A stretch of 27,022 bases of DNA, from positions 1-27,022 of IMG/VR virus record IMGVR_UViG_3300017780_003508, one strand, 5' to 3'. The stretch is from a virus. Taxonomy: Duplodnaviria > Caudoviricetes. A program made the translations under genes and the position numbers. Under the pieces are notes generated by a model. It did not search any database. It saw only the letters and a list, made by a program, of their open reading frames with translations, and was not told the origin of the DNA. Positions 25,014 through 27,022 of the stretch are shown here, piece by piece; positions within the stretch are counted from its first letter, which is position 1; every line of letters begins with the position of its first letter.

Positions 25014-25346
25014 ATTGGAGATATTATTACAAACGATGGTGAATCAAGAAAAGTATTAGAAGTATTAACACAGACAGTATTATTATCTTTTGTTTGTGAT
25101 TTTGATTCAGCTGATACTTTCTACACAAAAAAAGAACTACTAAAATACGGCTGGGTATTCCCTGAAGTAAAGTGGAAGCCAGAAGAAGGAAAAAAGTATT
25201 GGTATACATGTAGTGATGGAACCATTGAGTATACATACAATAACTCACTAGCAGATAGATTAAGAATATCAGTAGACAACTGCTACCAGACAGAAGCACT
25301 GGCACAAGAAGCACTTAAGAGAGTATTAGCAGCTTATAAGGGGTAG
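25002..25346 (+). CDS. Hypothetical phage protein (114 aa)
   Basis: ORF track; WKPE.G.KYWY...D..R....NCY.T...A motif. Confidence 0.7.
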   Translation: MKLKIGDIITNDGESRKVLEVLTQTVLLSFVCDFDSADTFYTKKELLKYGWVFPEVKWKPEEGKKYWYTCSDGTIEYTYNNSLADRLRISVDNCYQTEALAQEALKRVLAAYKG

Positions 25347-25347
25347 T

Positions 25348-25689
25348 ATGAAAACACTAGCAACCCTACACACAGAGCAGAAGATGAACTTTGATGAAAA
25401 GTTACTTAACCCTGCACAAGAATCATACCGTACAGCTGTAAATGACCAATCAGCACCTTATAGACACCAAGTAGAAAATCTATTAGAAGCAAGAAGTTTA
25501 TCTACAGTAAATTTCCTCTCCCACATAGACCTAATGATAGAGATAGTGGAGAGTAAGAAGAAAGAGTATGTTGAATTTGGAAAAACCATGAAGTATGTAT
25601 TACCGATTAAACATATTGGCTATAACGAAGCTTTATCAGACCTCTCTACCCTATTATCAGCCCAGAGAAAACTAATTGAGGAACAATAG
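25348..25689 (+). CDS. Hypothetical protein (113 aa; GYNEALSD motif)
   Basis: ORF track; tight coupling to neighbours. Confidence 0.7.
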   Translation: MKTLATLHTEQKMNFDEKLLNPAQESYRTAVNDQSAPYRHQVENLLEARSLSTVNFLSHIDLMIEIVESKKKEYVEFGKTMKYVLPIKHIGYNEALSDLSTLLSAQRKLIEEQ

Positions 25690-25690
25690 T

Positions 25691-25840
25691 ATGAAATATA
25701 TTATTGTAGGATTAACTGGATATGAACACGAGGTTAGTAAAAAAGAGTTTTATTTCCATTTAACACTTGATTACTTCGTTATAATTTCTCTTGGTCTTGT
25801 TGCTTGTCGTGTGCTGTTTGAAATTATTAGAGGGTATTAA
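25691..25840 (+). CDS. 49-aa putative membrane peptide
   Basis: Manual translation MKYIIVGLTG...YFVIISLGLVACRVLFEIIRGY; starts 1 nt after the upstream stop. Confidence 0.6.
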   Translation: MKYIIVGLTGYEHEVSKKEFYFHLTLDYFVIISLGLVACRVLFEIIRGY

Positions 25841-25854
25841 TTAACTAAAACACC

Positions 25855-26133
25855 ATGAAAGAAACATCAATAGAAGAACTTTTTGAAGAGTACCATCAAG
25901 AAAGATTAAATGATGAACATGACTACCCTTGGACAAGAGACCCAGAAGAAATCATCAAAGAAATCACCACTAAAATCGAGGAGAATGTGCTGAGGGAGGT
26001 GGTGAAACAACCAATTTATGAAGTTAATGATGATGTAAAAACTGCTGATAATAATTGGGTTAGTATGGAGAATAAAGTTATTACTGTAGACGACATCAAA
26101 TCCCTTGCAGAGAGTAAGAACATAAAACTATGA
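25855..26133 (+). CDS. Hypothetical acidic protein (92 aa)
   Basis: ORF track. Confidence 0.65.
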   Translation: MKETSIEELFEEYHQERLNDEHDYPWTRDPEEIIKEITTKIEENVLREVVKQPIYEVNDDVKTADNNWVSMENKVITVDDIKSLAESKNIKL

Positions 26134-26222
26134 CAACAGAAACAATTTTACTAACTGGGATACTGCTAATGTTAGGAATAGTTGTCGATAGGTTGAGGGA
26201 AATTATTCGCATACTTAAATAA
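26130..26222 (+). CDS. 30-aa putative membrane peptide (MTTETILLTGILLMLGIVVDRLREIIRILK)
   Basis: Manual translation; ATGA overlap with the upstream gene. Confidence 0.6.
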   Translation: MTTETILLTGILLMLGIVVDRLREIIRILK

Positions 26223-26226
26223 ATCT

Positions 26227-26517
26227 ATGTCACTATCAAAAATCGTACAGGAGAGTTTGTCAGAGTGGGAACAGATAGGTACTGGTGGACACAGAGAGCA
26301 GATTCAATCTAGCTTACATAAAATGGCAGTTTCCATCATAGAAGCAGAGATATCAAGAAAGAAAGGGATGTTGAAAGAATATAGCAAGAAATACACATGT
26401 ATATGCGACTACGGTGAACCTTGTGAGAACTGTTTAAGTGGATATTATAACCAAGCTATCCAGGAAGACATCACCTATCTACAAGAGCAGATAGAACTAA
26501 TCAAAAAAATGGCATGA
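26227..26517 (+). CDS. Hypothetical protein (96 aa; CxC...CxxC, YNQAI motif)
   Basis: ORF track. Confidence 0.7.
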   Translation: MSLSKIVQESLSEWEQIGTGGHREQIQSSLHKMAVSIIEAEISRKKGMLKEYSKKYTCICDYGEPCENCLSGYYNQAIQEDITYLQEQIELIKKMA

Positions 26518-26687
26518 AAATACAAATACTAAGTGTAAAAGCAGAAAAGAGCATAGACAAAAGATATGGCTTTGCAGTTTTACCAACAATCGCTATTGAG
26601 GCACACCCCACGCATAAAACATGGCACTTAATATGGCTGGAGTGTTACGAAGTGTATCAAGGTAGAAAGTGGTTAATTACTAACTAA
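26514..26687 (+). CDS. 57-aa hypothetical protein
   Basis: Manual translation MKIQILSVKA...RKWLITN; ATGA overlap. Confidence 0.6.
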   Translation: MKIQILSVKAEKSIDKRYGFAVLPTIAIEAHPTHKTWHLIWLECYEVYQGRKWLITN

Positions 26688-26698
26688 CTTATAAAGAA

Positions 26699-27022
26699 AT
26701 GAAAGAAAAATGTCAAAATGGAGCATGTAAAGTATGCCATAAGGGTACAGGTAAGTGTTACCTGTATTCCCCACAATCAGAAGGATGTAGTGGAAGTGGA
26801 GGATTAAACACACCAGGTACAGTAAACATAAACTTAAATCTAGCTTCCCCACAACCAAAAGAGACAGTACAAAAAAACGAAGAAAACTGTACTGAACAAG
26901 TTTCACAGTTCAAAGAAGTTGATAATGTTGAACTGGAAGAGTTGGAGAGTAGGTTTAAAGACTTATATTGTTCATACATGGACGATGAAAGACATTTTAG
27001 TCACCTTATGCCATTTATCAAA
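26699..27022 (+). CDS. Partial hypothetical protein with Cys-rich N-terminus (MKEKCQNGACKVCHKGTGKC...)
   Basis: Manual translation; open to the window end. Confidence 0.6.
   Translation, partial: MKEKCQNGACKVCHKGTGKCYLYSPQSEGCSGSGGLNTPGTVNINLNLASPQPKETVQKNEENCTEQVSQFKEVDNVELEELESRFKDLYCSYMDDERHFSHLMPFIK

Noticed and set aside
20954-26979. Minus-strand ORFs opposite the early genes (20954, 22410, 23294, 24347, 24795, 25027, 26673, 26758)
   Set aside because: Antisense shadows of a densely packed plus-strand gene array.
1-27022. tRNA, rRNA, integrase or repressor genes
   Set aside because: None recognised by eye; lifestyle cannot be determined from this window.

Overview
A 27-kb segment of a tailed dsDNA phage, probably a short-tailed P22-like podovirus, using the standard genetic code. 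The minus strand (about 20907 to 1) carries the virion operon: a small basic ORF, terS, terL, portal, two small ORFs, scaffold, major capsid, adaptor, tail nozzle, a tail/virion protein, two putative ejection proteins and collagen-repeat fibre/tail genes. The plus strand (20958 to end) carries a Gp157-like gene, an iteron-rich replication origin, a VirE/VapE-family helicase, a CHC2 zinc-finger protein, a lytic-transglycosylase-like protein and a run of small hypothetical genes. Highlights: (1) The major capsid gene is split after codon 13 by a complete 736-nt group I intron (14448..15183) with an HNH homing endonuclease in its P8 loop; the ORF track misses exon 1. (2) The large ejection protein ends in an ADP-ribosyltransferase-like domain and hides, on the opposite strand, a sigma70-type promoter plus a leaderless 22-aa hydrophobic peptide ORF. 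(3) Several genes start 6-7 nt after a -10 hexamer with no Shine-Dalgarno, and a TATGYACRA motif recurs at five promoter sites. (4) There are G-U-containing RNA hairpins before the helicase and around scaffold/capsid, including a possible long-range loop interaction. A Patescibacteria/CPR host is inferred, not shown. All product calls come from motif recognition and gene order, without database searches.
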